This document shows, piece by piece, positions 1-9,257 of a stretch of 57,620 bases of DNA (positions are counted from its first letter, which is position 1; the number at the start of each line of letters is the position of its first letter). The notes under the pieces are model-generated. The model worked only from the letters and a program-made list of their open reading frames with translations. It was not told where the DNA came from and ran no database searches. Origin of the DNA: Spirochaetota bacterium (GTDB lineage: Bacteria; Spirochaetota; Spirochaetia; DSM-27196; PWMO01); contig JAAAOH010000318.1 of NCBI GenBank assembly GCA_009908925.1, positions 1-57,620 of the forward strand, in the 5' to 3' direction. Made by a program: the position numbers and the translations under genes.

Positions 1-404
1 CGCGCACGACGCTCGGGCGCTACGTGTACGCGATCGGAAACAATCCGGTGGCCTCGCGCGTGGCGGGGTTGCCGGTGCGGGCCACGACGATCGCGGTGTA
101 TGCCGTCTCCGGCACGCTCGCGGCTCTTGCCGGAATGATCCTCGTAGCCCGCCTCGATTCGGCGCAGCCGGTCATGGGCATCCGCTACGAGCTCGACGCC
201 ATCGCAGCAGTGGTCGTGGGCGGCGCCGCGCTGACCGGTGGAGAGGGAACGCTGTGGGGAACGGTGCTTGGCGCCCTTATCATGGCAATGATTGCCAACG
301 CCATCAACATTCTGAATGTTTCTCCATTTTACGCACAGGTGTTGCAGGGCGGAGTCATCATAGTCGCACTTCTTATCCACAGCTTCGGACGACGCAGAAC
401 GTAG
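1..404 (+). CDS. sugar ABC transporter permease, C-terminal part (gene begins upstream of the window)
   Basis: The frame is open to the window edge (RTTLGRYVYAIGNNPVASRVAGLPV...). It has the RbsC/AraH-type permease C-terminal pattern and is paralogous to the 3012-3959 permease. Confidence 0.8.
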   Translation, partial: RTTLGRYVYAIGNNPVASRVAGLPVRATTIAVYAVSGTLAALAGMILVARLDSAQPVMGIRYELDAIAAVVVGGAALTGGEGTLWGTVLGALIMAMIANAINILNVSPFYAQVLQGGVIIVALLIHSFGRRRT

Positions 405-491
405 TCGGAGAATGTAGGATATGACCGAGCGCAAAGAGAAAGTATCGGCTCCGTTGGGGCCGGAAGAATATAGAAAGAAGGAGGAGCAAAC

Positions 492-1427
492 ATGAAACGC
501 ACACTGGTTCTCATCGTTTCAGTACTGCTGGTAGCAGCCGGACCGCTCTTTGCAAGCGGTCAGGCGGAAGGGGGCGGAGAAGCCGAGGGACCGGTCTTCG
601 GACTGTCGGTTTCGACGTTGAATAATCCCTTCTTCGTAACGCTCAGAGACGGCGCGCAGGCGGCCGCCGACGAGATGGGAGCAGAGCTCGTGGTCGTGGA
701 CTCCCAGGACGACCCGGCACGGGAGGCGAGCAACATTCAGGATCTTATCCAGCGAGGGGTCGATGCACTGCTTATCAACCCCACCGACTCGGACGCCGTC
801 GTGCCGAGCGTGCGCCGCGCGAATGACGCCGGTATACCGGTGTTCACCATAGACCGCGGTGCGAACGGTGGTGAGGTCGTCTCTCACATCGCCAGTGACA
901 ACGTCGCGGGTGGCGAGATGGCGGCCGAGTACCTCATCGAGGCCATCGGCGGAAGTGGTCAGGTCGTCGAGCTCCAGGGCATCCCGGGTACCTCGGCGGC
1001 ACGGGATCGCGGCGAGGGCTTCAACAACATAGTCGACCAGAATGACGACGTGGAAGTGATCGCCCGTCAGACGGCCAACTTCAACCGCACCGAAGGGCTG
1101 AACGTTTTCCAGAACATACTGCAGGCGGAGTCCGACATTGACGGTGTGTTCGCACATAACGACGGTATGGTGCTCGGCGCCATTCAGGCCGCGGAGTCGG
1201 CAGGCCGTGCGGACGATATCGTCTTCGTCGGCTTCGACGCGATTGGCGACGCCGTACAGGCCGTGCAGGACGGCAGACTCGCCGCCACGGTTGCACAGCA
1301 GCCTGCACGTATCGGAAGCCTCGGCGTGGAGACTGCAATGAGTGACATGCAGGGTGAGTCGGTCGAGGACTTTATTCCGGTTCCCCTCGCGCTCGTGACT
1401 TCCGAGAATGCCTCGGAGTTCGAGTAG
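492..1427 (+). CDS. rbsB: ribose-type ABC transporter periplasmic substrate-binding protein
   Basis: N-terminal signal peptide. Long collinear similarity to E. coli RbsB as remembered (STLNNPFFV..L.DGAQ, LINPTDSDAV, VVSHIASDN, ELQGI.GTSAAR.RGEGF, KLAAT.AQ.P). AGGAGG lies about 9 nt upstream of the ATG. Confidence 0.88.
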   Translation: MKRTLVLIVSVLLVAAGPLFASGQAEGGGEAEGPVFGLSVSTLNNPFFVTLRDGAQAAADEMGAELVVVDSQDDPAREASNIQDLIQRGVDALLINPTDSDAVVPSVRRANDAGIPVFTIDRGANGGEVVSHIASDNVAGGEMAAEYLIEAIGGSGQVVELQGIPGTSAARDRGEGFNNIVDQNDDVEVIARQTANFNRTEGLNVFQNILQAESDIDGVFAHNDGMVLGAIQAAESAGRADDIVFVGFDAIGDAVQAVQDGRLAATVAQQPARIGSLGVETAMSDMQGESVEDFIPVPLALVTSENASEFE

Positions 1428-1460
1428 ACTCGAGTAGAACAGCTGTCGAGCAGGCAGTCT

Positions 1461-1497
1461 GCGGTGGGGCGTTCGGCGCCCCACCGCTTGTTCCTGT
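1461..1497 (+). terminator. GC-rich hairpin plus T-rich tail between rbsB and rbsA (attenuator or partial terminator)
   Basis: GCGGTGGGGCG/CGCCCCACCGC forms a perfect 11-bp stem (1461-1487), followed by TTGTTCCTGTT. Its position after the binding-protein gene is typical of stoichiometry-setting hairpins. Confidence 0.4.
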
Positions 1498-1521
1498 TGA
1501 CGGACTGAAGGAGCAGCGACG

Positions 1522-3015
1522 ATGAGTTACGCCCTGCGCATGGAGGGCATACATAAGAGATTCCCCGGTGTGCACGCCCTCGACGACGTGAGTTTCGAGG
1601 TTGGCACGGGGTCGGTGCACGCCCTCGTCGGAGAGAACGGCGCGGGGAAGTCCACGCTCATGAAGCTGTTGTCCGGCAGCCTGCAGAAAGACGAGGGACG
1701 CATCGAGATAGCCGGTGAAGAGGTCGAGTTCCGCACCCCGGGTGACGCGCAGGAAAAGGGCGTGAGCATGATTTACCAGGAGCTCACCGTCATTCCCTAC
1801 AGAAGCGTGGCGGCGAACATCCTGCTCGGCCGTGAGCCGCGTACGTTCGCCGGCCTCTTCATCGATTATCCCGAATTGCACAGTCGGGCGGCCGAGCTGC
1901 TCGAGCGCATCGACGTCGACGTAGACCCGACAGAAACCGTCGGCAGGCTTTCCATCGCCCAGCAGCAGATGGTCGAGGTCGCCAAGGCGCTCTCGCTCGA
2001 CGCGAAGATCATCATCATGGACGAGCCGACGAGCTCGCTCACCGAGCGCGAAACGGCGACTCTGTTCAGCATCATACGCGAGCTGAAGCGTCAGGGGATC
2101 ACCGTCATCTACATTTCCCACCGCCTCGAGGAGGTCTTCGAGATCGCGGACTGGGTCACCGTGCTGCGCGACGGCAAGAGTGTTCACAGTTCCCCGGTTT
2201 CGGAGGTCGACTCCGATGAGGTCGTGCAGCTGATGGTGGGCCGGGAGCTGACCGACTTCTTTCCCAAGCACGAGGCGGAGCTCGGAGAAACCATTCTCGA
2301 AGTAGAGGGGCTCTCAGGCGGGAGGTTCGAGGACGTCTCGTTCTCGCTTCGCGCCGGAGAGATTGTGGGTTTTTCCGGACTCGTCGGGGCGGGTCGTACC
2401 GAGACGGCACGGGCGCTGCTCGGCATAGACCCGGTGCGGGCCGGCACCGTACGTTTCATGGGCGAAGATGTTGAGCTCGGCTCAGTGCGACACATGATGA
2501 GACTCGGATTCGCCTACGTGCCGGAGGACCGCAAGGAGGAGGGGCTCTTCCTTCGTATGAACGTCCGCGACAACCTCGCGATCAGCGTTCTCGAGCGGCT
2601 CTTCACCGCCGGGCTGCTGCGCATGCAGAAGGTAGTAGATCTGGCACAGCGGTACGTGGAGCGGCTACGCATACAAACGCCGTCCCTGCAGCAGCTTATA
2701 AGAAACCTCTCCGGCGGGAACCAGCAGAAGGTGATCATCGCCCGCTGTCTCGCGCTCGACCCCAAGGTCCTGATCCTCGATGAGCCCACACGCGGTATCG
2801 ATGTCGGCGCCAAGGCGGAGATCCACACCATCATCGGTGAGCTCGCTGAGCGCGGGGTCGGAATCATTATGATCTCCTCCGAGCTGCCCGAAATTGTCGG
2901 CGTGTCGGACCGCGTCATAGTGATGCGGCAGGGGCGAGTGGCCGCCGAGTTCGGAACGGGCGAGGCAACCCAGGACGCAATCATGCAGAAGGCAGCGGGA
3001 GGCACCTCGCCGTGA
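1522..3015 (+). CDS. rbsA: sugar ABC transporter ATP-binding protein (duplicated ATPase)
   Basis: Two Walker A sites (GENGAGKST, GLVGAGRTE), two LSGG signatures (LSIAQQQ, LSGGNQQK) and two Walker B sites (IIIMDEPT, LILDEPT). Size is 497 aa. Confidence 0.9.
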   Translation: MSYALRMEGIHKRFPGVHALDDVSFEVGTGSVHALVGENGAGKSTLMKLLSGSLQKDEGRIEIAGEEVEFRTPGDAQEKGVSMIYQELTVIPYRSVAANILLGREPRTFAGLFIDYPELHSRAAELLERIDVDVDPTETVGRLSIAQQQMVEVAKALSLDAKIIIMDEPTSSLTERETATLFSIIRELKRQGITVIYISHRLEEVFEIADWVTVLRDGKSVHSSPVSEVDSDEVVQLMVGRELTDFFPKHEAELGETILEVEGLSGGRFEDVSFSLRAGEIVGFSGLVGAGRTETARALLGIDPVRAGTVRFMGEDVELGSVRHMMRLGFAYVPEDRKEEGLFLRMNVRDNLAISVLERLFTAGLLRMQKVVDLAQRYVERLRIQTPSLQQLIRNLSGGNQQKVIIARCLALDPKVLILDEPTRGIDVGAKAEIHTIIGELAERGVGIIMISSELPEIVGVSDRVIVMRQGRVAAEFGTGEATQDAIMQKAAGGTSP

Positions 3016-3959
3016 GACGGTTTACCTATCTGGCAGCGCGATACAGTACGCTATTCATCCTCCTGGGGCTGGTACTCCTCTTCTCGCTCACCTCCGGTCG
3101 ATTCCTGCGAGTGGGCAATCTGCTCAACATTGTCGAACAGTCGGCGCTGCTCGGCATCGTGGCGATCGGGGTTACCTTTACCATTATCTCCGGCGGCATA
3201 GACCTGTCGGTGGGATCGCTCGTTGCCTTCTCCGGCGCACTTGCTGCGGGCTTCATGGTGCGGATGGGAATGCCGCTTGCCGCGGCACTGGCACTGGCTG
3301 TCGCTGCCGGTGCCGCCCTCGGCTTCGTGAACGGCTTCTTCATCGTAAAGGGCGGCCTGCAGCCCTTCGTGGCCACCCTGGCCATGATGGCGATCGCGCG
3401 TGGACTGACGCTTATCTACACGCAGGGACAACCGATCTCCGGGATGGGAGACAGCTTCACCGCCCTCGGCTCGAACTGGGGGCCGATCCCGGTTCCGGCC
3501 GTCATATTCGTGGTCATCTTCATACTGAGCCACATTGTGCTACAACGTACGCCCTACGGCGCGTACATCTACGCGGTCGGCGGCAACGAAGAGACGGCAC
3601 GGCTGGCCGGTATAAACGTCCAGCTCGTCAAGCTTTCCTCCTACGTCGTCAGCGGCTCTCTGGCGGCCGTCGGTGGTATCGTTCTGGCCGCGCGCTTGTG
3701 GAGCGCCCAGCCGCAGGCGGCAAGCGGGCTGGAGCTGCAGGCCATCGCCGCCACCGTGCTCGGCGGCGCGTCACTCATGGGCGGCGCCGGAACGACCGTG
3801 GGCACCTTTGCTGGTGCCCTCATCATGGGTGTGCTCGCGAACGGCTTGAACCTCATCGGCGTATCCTCCTACATACAGCAGGTCATAACCGGCGCCATAT
3901 TCATACTCGCGGTCATGCTCGACATGTGGACCAAGCGGAAAGAGCGGGCAACGGCTTGA
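3012..3959 (+). CDS. rbsC: sugar ABC transporter permease
   Basis: GTGA overlap with rbsA. Multi-span hydrophobic protein with the RbsC-type motif GGIDLSVGS and C-terminal YAVGGNEE.ARL.GI. Confidence 0.88.
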   Translation: MRRFTYLAARYSTLFILLGLVLLFSLTSGRFLRVGNLLNIVEQSALLGIVAIGVTFTIISGGIDLSVGSLVAFSGALAAGFMVRMGMPLAAALALAVAAGAALGFVNGFFIVKGGLQPFVATLAMMAIARGLTLIYTQGQPISGMGDSFTALGSNWGPIPVPAVIFVVIFILSHIVLQRTPYGAYIYAVGGNEETARLAGINVQLVKLSSYVVSGSLAAVGGIVLAARLWSAQPQAASGLELQAIAATVLGGASLMGGAGTTVGTFAGALIMGVLANGLNLIGVSSYIQQVITGAIFILAVMLDMWTKRKERATA

Positions 3960-4078
3960 ACCGGCGACGGCGAATGAGCTCGCCGCAACTCGTGGTTTTC
4001 CTCTCCCGAAAGAAAAAACAGTGGCCATCCCTGCAGGCTTCCGTGTACGCTATCTTATAGAACAAGGAGCTATGCACC

Positions 4079-4498
4079 ATGGACACAGACAAAGTTGGCA
4101 AGCCCTACGTCGTCGACATTGAAACACTGACTACAAAGAACAAGAACTTTCGGACCGCAGAATGGACCGGCGAGTTCCTGCAGATGACCACGATGTCCGT
4201 TCCCGTTGGTGGCGAGGTAGGATTCGAGATTCACGAAGACACCGATCAGTTTCTCAGGATCGAGGCCGGTAAGGCGCGGGTTGTCATGGGCAAAGAGAAA
4301 AACAATCTCGACTTCGAGCAGGAAGCCGAAGACGACTACGCCATTTTCGTACCGTCCGGGTACTGGCACAACATATTGAACACTGGAGATGAGCCGCTCA
4401 AGCTATACTCCATCTATGCGCCACCTCATCACCCTGTCGGCACTGTCCACGAGACCTATGAGATTGCGATGGCTGCCGAGGAAGACGAGGATCACTAG
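4079..4498 (+). CDS. cupin domain protein, function unknown
   Basis: 139-aa ORF with a cupin-like core (G.E.G.E.H...FVPSGYWHN..N.G) and an acidic tail. AAGGAG lies 9 nt upstream. GC is clearly lower than in neighbouring genes: about 47% by hand count over the first 60 nt. Confidence 0.7.
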   Translation: MDTDKVGKPYVVDIETLTTKNKNFRTAEWTGEFLQMTTMSVPVGGEVGFEIHEDTDQFLRIEAGKARVVMGKEKNNLDFEQEAEDDYAIFVPSGYWHNILNTGDEPLKLYSIYAPPHHPVGTVHETYEIAMAAEEDEDH

Positions 4499-4550
4499 AG
4501 GAGCCCTGCAGGGCTATCCGGCCTGTAGTGGCTCCGCTGCGCTGTAGCAG

Positions 4551-5822
4551 ATGAAAGGAACCTTTCCACGGGACCTTCAGTACGCCAAGTTCTCAGCCTA
4601 CGGGTTCCTGAAGAACCTGCGGTTCTTCGAGCCGTTCATGATTCTGTTTCTCCTGGGGCAGGGGCTGTCTTATCTTCAGGTCGGGACGCTCTACGCGGTG
4701 CGCGAGATCCTGGTCAACGTGATGGAAATCCCGAGTGGTGCAGTTGCCGACGGCCTGGGACGGCGACGCACCATGGTTGCGTCGTTTCTCGGGTATCTCG
4801 TTTCCTTCGCTCTGTTCTGGGTGGGCTCGACCATGCAGCTTTTCCTCGGGGCTATCGTCTTTTTCTCCATCGGCGAGGCATTTCGCACGGGCACCCACAA
4901 GTCGATGATCTTTGCGTACCTGCGGATGAACAATCTGCAGCAGTACGGAAACGACTACTACGGTCACACGCGCTCGTGGTCTCAGCTGGGCTCAGCGACC
5001 TCGGCCATCATCGCCGCGGGAATCGTGTTCCTATCCCGGAACTATCGCGCCGTGTTCCTCTTCTCGATGATTCCCTACGTCCTCGATCTTCTCCTGATGC
5101 TCAGTTACCCCCGGGAGCTCGACGGGTCCGTCGAGAAGATTACCCTCAGGTCGATCGGCAGGAGTTTTCGTGAGGTCGGCAGAGGATTGGTGGAGACGGT
5201 GCGACGGCCCGGCGCCGCGCGCGCGGTCTTGAGCGCGTCATCCTTTGGAGGGTTCTACAAGGGTGGGAAGGATTACCTCCAGCCGATGATATCGGCCCTG
5301 GCGCTTTCTCTTCCCCTCGCCGGTGCTCTCCCTGCTCAGCGCCGGGAGGCGCTACTGATCGGAGCCGTATATACGGTGATCTATGTCCTTACCTCCTTTG
5401 CGTCACGCCACTCGGCGGCCCTTGCCGGACGATTCCCGAGCTCCGAGAGTGCCCTGAATCGGCTGCTCCTGCTCGGATTGGTGCTCGGGCTTACCGCCGG
5501 GCTTACCCGTTGGTACGGTCTCACCCTGGTACCGGTGATTCTGTTCCTGACGATCTATGCCCTGCAGAACCTGCGGCAACCGGTGGGCGTCTCCGTCGTG
5601 GCCGATCGGATTCCCGAGGAGGTCCTCTCTACGGTGCTTTCGGCCCAGTCCCAGTTGCAGAGTCTGTTTGCAGCCGTCGTGGCGCTCATCGTGGGTGCGA
5701 CCGTCGACTACGTGGGCGGGAATGTCGGCGTGGGACTTGCGCTGTCGGCCGGTCTCGGCGTGGTTCTGTTCCCGCTTCTGCGGCTTGCGCCCAGAGCGCA
5801 CGTGGAACAGGCCGGCTCCTGA
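4551..5822 (+). CDS. MFS transporter
   Basis: 423 aa with about 12 hydrophobic segments. The loop motif G.VADGLGRRRT between TM2 and TM3 is typical of the major facilitator superfamily. Confidence 0.75.
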   Translation: MKGTFPRDLQYAKFSAYGFLKNLRFFEPFMILFLLGQGLSYLQVGTLYAVREILVNVMEIPSGAVADGLGRRRTMVASFLGYLVSFALFWVGSTMQLFLGAIVFFSIGEAFRTGTHKSMIFAYLRMNNLQQYGNDYYGHTRSWSQLGSATSAIIAAGIVFLSRNYRAVFLFSMIPYVLDLLLMLSYPRELDGSVEKITLRSIGRSFREVGRGLVETVRRPGAARAVLSASSFGGFYKGGKDYLQPMISALALSLPLAGALPAQRREALLIGAVYTVIYVLTSFASRHSAALAGRFPSSESALNRLLLLGLVLGLTAGLTRWYGLTLVPVILFLTIYALQNLRQPVGVSVVADRIPEEVLSTVLSAQSQLQSLFAAVVALIVGATVDYVGGNVGVGLALSAGLGVVLFPLLRLAPRAHVEQAGS

Positions 5823-5879
5823 GGAGTTCAATCACCCTCGCGCGCTCCTGCGACCAGCCGACAGTCAGCTCGAAACCGT

Positions 5880-5908
5880 TTGACAGGCCATTGCCCATAT
5901 AGTAGTAT
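5880..5908 (+). promoter_or_regulatory. sigma70-like promoter upstream of nrdJ
   Basis: TTGACA (5880-5885), a 17-nt spacer, then TAGTAT (5903-5908). It sits in an AT-rich island 56 nt upstream of the nrdJ ATG. Confidence 0.4.
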
Positions 5909-5963
5909 TCAGCCCCGTTTCAGGGATGACGATACTATATATGGTGTAAAAGGGGCGCCGAGC

Positions 5964-7877
5964 ATGCAGGATACATCGGTTTCGATTCTTTCGGACATAA
6001 CGACATACATGAAATATGCCAGATACGTTCCGGGAAAGCGCAGACGAGAGACCTGGAGCGAGATCGTCGAGCGCAACATGGCGATGCACCTCGAGAAATT
6101 TCCGCAGCTATCCTCCGAGATCCGTGGCGCCTACGCCTACGTGTTCAACAAGAAGGTCGTGCCGTCGATGCGCTCCATGCAGTTCGCCGGCAGGGCGATC
6201 GAGGTGAACAACACACGTATGTACAACTGCTCGTTTCTGCCCGTCGACGACCCGGTGGCGTTCTCCGAGATCTTCTTTCTCCTTCTCGGGGGTACCGGAG
6301 TCGGGTTCTCCGTGCAGAAGGGGGACGTCGCGAAACTGCCGGCCGTACTCGGAGAGGCACCGCTTGGCGAAAACGAGCACCCGCGCGACGTGGTCGTGGC
6401 CGACAGTATCGAAGGCTGGGCGGACTCCGTCGCCGAGCTCGTGAACGGTTTTTTCCATGGGTCGCAGCCGGTGCGCTTCGACTACAGCCGCATCCGCCCC
6501 AAGGGGAGCCCGCTCGTGACCACCGGCGGCAGTGCACCCGGGCCGGGACCGCTCAAGGCCTGTCACGCGGCCATCGGCAGACTGCTTCGCGACGTCGTTC
6601 GAGAGCGTGGCCGCGGCACGACGCTACGTCCGATCGAGGTCCACGATATCGTCTGCCATATTGCCGATGCCGTGCTTGCCGGCGGAATCCGACGGGCCGC
6701 GCTCATCTCCCTGTTCTCTCCGGATGACGTCGAAATGATGGAGGCAAAGAGCGGACCCTGGTGGGAAAAACATCCCGAGCGAGCGCGGGCAAACAACAGT
6801 GTCGTGGTGGACCGCACCCGTGTGACCGAGGCGGAGTTCGATGCGTTCTGGGAGCACACGCGGCAATCGGACAGCGGGGAGCCGGGCATCTTCTTCACCA
6901 ATGACCCCCGCTACGGCGCGAATCCCTGCTGCGAGATCTCCCTGCAGCCCTTTCAGTTCTGCAATCTCACCGAGCTCAACGTCTCCAACGTCACCGACCA
7001 GCGCGACCTCAATGAGCGCGCCCGCGCGGCGGCGTTCATCGGCACACTTCAGGCATCCTACACCGATTTCCACTACCTGCGGGACCTGTGGCGCGAAACT
7101 ACCGAGAGCGAGGCGCTTCTCGGCGTCTCGATGACCGGCATCGCCTCGGGCAACGTGCTCAAGCTCGATCTCGAAGAGGCCGCCCGCGAGGCGGTCGCGG
7201 AAAACCGCCGCACCGCAGAGCGCATCGGCATCCGAAGTGCGGCCCGCGTGACCACCGTGAAGCCCTCGGGCACGACCTCGCTGGCCCTCGGCACCTCGTC
7301 AGGTATCCACGCCTGGCACAATGATTACTTCGTCCGGCGTATTCGGGTTGGAAAAAGCGAACCCATCTACACCTATCTCGCCGAGCACTACCCCGAGCTC
7401 GTGGAGGATGAGCGCTTCCGCCCCGAGTCCATGGCCGTGATCTCCGTTCCCGTGAAGGCGCCTGACGGCGCGATCCTGCGCACCGAGAGCCCGCTCGACA
7501 CTCTCGAGCGCGTGAAGCACGTGCAGAAGTACTGGATACGCCCGGGCCACACCGACGGGCCCAACACTCACAACGTCTCGGTGACCGTGAATGCCAAAGA
7601 GCACGAGTGGGATGATGTCGGACGCTGGATGTGGACGAACCGCGAGTTCTACAACGGCATCACCGTTTTCCCCCACGACGGCGGCACATACGAGCAGGCG
7701 CCCTTCGAGGACATCACCCGGGCGGAGTACGAGCGCATGGCGGCCGTGCTCCGCGACATCGACCTTACCGGGATCACAGAGGAGGCCGATAACACGCTGT
7801 TGCAGGGTGAGATTGCCTGTTCCGGCGGCGCCTGTGAGATCACCGGCTCGACCGCCGCCGAATCCATGGGTGCATGA
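5964..7877 (+). CDS. nrdJ: adenosylcobalamin-dependent ribonucleoside-triphosphate reductase (class II, monomeric RTPR type)
   Basis: Collinear with the L. leichmannii-type RTPR as remembered: GGTGVGFSV, the catalytic NPCCEISL region, TVKPSGT, and a C-terminal redox tail CSGGAC. ATG 5964 is preferred over the TTG at 5880 listed in the ORF track because homology starts at MQDTS. Confidence 0.85.
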   Translation: MQDTSVSILSDITTYMKYARYVPGKRRRETWSEIVERNMAMHLEKFPQLSSEIRGAYAYVFNKKVVPSMRSMQFAGRAIEVNNTRMYNCSFLPVDDPVAFSEIFFLLLGGTGVGFSVQKGDVAKLPAVLGEAPLGENEHPRDVVVADSIEGWADSVAELVNGFFHGSQPVRFDYSRIRPKGSPLVTTGGSAPGPGPLKACHAAIGRLLRDVVRERGRGTTLRPIEVHDIVCHIADAVLAGGIRRAALISLFSPDDVEMMEAKSGPWWEKHPERARANNSVVVDRTRVTEAEFDAFWEHTRQSDSGEPGIFFTNDPRYGANPCCEISLQPFQFCNLTELNVSNVTDQRDLNERARAAAFIGTLQASYTDFHYLRDLWRETTESEALLGVSMTGIASGNVLKLDLEEAAREAVAENRRTAERIGIRSAARVTTVKPSGTTSLALGTSSGIHAWHNDYFVRRIRVGKSEPIYTYLAEHYPELVEDERFRPESMAVISVPVKAPDGAILRTESPLDTLERVKHVQKYWIRPGHTDGPNTHNVSVTVNAKEHEWDDVGRWMWTNREFYNGITVFPHDGGTYEQAPFEDITRAEYERMAAVLRDIDLTGITEEADNTLLQGEIACSGGACEITGSTAAESMGA

Positions 7878-7919
7878 GGCAGGATGCGGAGGTAAACGAG
7901 GTGTGCTAAAATCCGTGGA

Positions 7920-9257
7920 ATGAACACCCTGATCGAGAATCTTGACTACGTCGTAACCGACACGGGCGTACTGGAGAATCGCAGCATAGTTATAGAGGGT
8001 GCGCGGATCACGAGTATACGACCTGCCGGTTCCGGCGCGGGGGCGGGCAGCTCAGGGGTGTCGGATGTCTCTCGCACCATATCCGGCACGGGCCGTGCCG
8101 CGTTGGCCGGACTGAAGAACGCGCATACCCACGCGGCGATGACGCTCCTGCGAGGCTACGGCGATGACATGAGGCTGCAGCCCTGGCTGGAGAACCTCAT
8201 CTGGCCGGCCGAGGGCAAGCTGACACCGGAAGACGTCTACTGGGGCACGCGGCTTGCCGCAATCGAAATGATCCGAAGCGGCACCACATTCGCCCACGAC
8301 ATGTACTTCTATCCGGCGGAGGTCGTGCGGGCATTCCGGGACTCAGGGATGCGTGCGGCAGTCGGTCTGGCTCTTTTTGACTTCGGTGATCCGGAGAATC
8401 GTCGCGGGCAGCAGAAGAACGTCGAGTCCTTCCTGCGAGAATATGGCGCGGCGCCGCCGGGCGCCGGTGACCGCGTGTTCCTTACCATGGCGCCGCACAG
8501 CGTGTATACCTGCAGCCCCGAGTTGCTCGTCTGGGCAGCAGAGGTCGCAGAGGCGCAGGGTCTCGTCTACCACACCCACATGAATGAAACGCAGCAAGAG
8601 GTGGATCAATGTCTTTCCGCTCACGGTGTGCGGCCCTTTGTTCACCTCGACAGCATCGGCGTCCTCGAGCGCGTCGGAAGCAGAACGGTTGCGGCGCATA
8701 CCATCTGGCTGGATGAAGCCGAGCTCGATCTCGTGTCAGGCCACGGCGTGACGGTCGTGCATAATCCGGCAAGCAACATGAAGCTCTCTTCCGGGTGTTT
8801 CCCGTGGAAGGAACTGCACGAGCGCGGGGCCCGGATGCTGCTCGCCCCCGATGGCGTTGCCAGTAACAACAGCCTCGACATGTTTGACGAAATGAAGCTC
8901 GCGGCACTTCTGCAGAAACACCACTACGGCGACCCGACACTTCTGCCGGCCGAGGAGACGCTTGCCGTCGCCACCGGCGCGCGCAGCACCGTATTCGGGT
9001 CTCACGGAGTCGGTGGCGCGCTTGCCGAAGGCGGACCCGCGGACCTCGTTCTTGTCGATGTGACTGCCCCCCGCATGACTCCTTCTCACAACCTCGTGAG
9101 CAACCTGGTGTATGCGGCAGATAGCTCGGTGGTGGACACGGTCATCTGCGATGGCGAGCTTCTGATGGAACACGGCTCGGTAGCTGAGGAAGAGACCGTC
9201 GTAGCCGAGGCCTCGCGCTGTGCAGCCGAGCTGGTGCGCCGCGCCCGCTCAGGCTGA
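7920..9257 (+). CDS. amidohydrolase of the MTA/SAH (adenosine-type) deaminase / chlorohydrolase family
   Basis: HTHAAMTLLRGYGDD metal motif, then HTHMNET, HNPASNMKL and APDGVASNNSLDMF. It is collinear with TM0936/MtaD-type deaminases as remembered. Confidence 0.8.
   Translation: MNTLIENLDYVVTDTGVLENRSIVIEGARITSIRPAGSGAGAGSSGVSDVSRTISGTGRAALAGLKNAHTHAAMTLLRGYGDDMRLQPWLENLIWPAEGKLTPEDVYWGTRLAAIEMIRSGTTFAHDMYFYPAEVVRAFRDSGMRAAVGLALFDFGDPENRRGQQKNVESFLREYGAAPPGAGDRVFLTMAPHSVYTCSPELLVWAAEVAEAQGLVYHTHMNETQQEVDQCLSAHGVRPFVHLDSIGVLERVGSRTVAAHTIWLDEAELDLVSGHGVTVVHNPASNMKLSSGCFPWKELHERGARMLLAPDGVASNNSLDMFDEMKLAALLQKHHYGDPTLLPAEETLAVATGARSTVFGSHGVGGALAEGGPADLVLVDVTAPRMTPSHNLVSNLVYAADSSVVDTVICDGELLMEHGSVAEEETVVAEASRCAAELVRRARSG

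Noticed and set aside
5823-5963. Possible cobalamin riboswitch upstream of the B12-dependent nrdJ, and likewise 41929-42025 upstream of the BtuF/FhuD-like binding protein
   Set aside because: The spacers are only about 140 and 97 nt, with no B12-box-like sequence and no multi-helix architecture visible.
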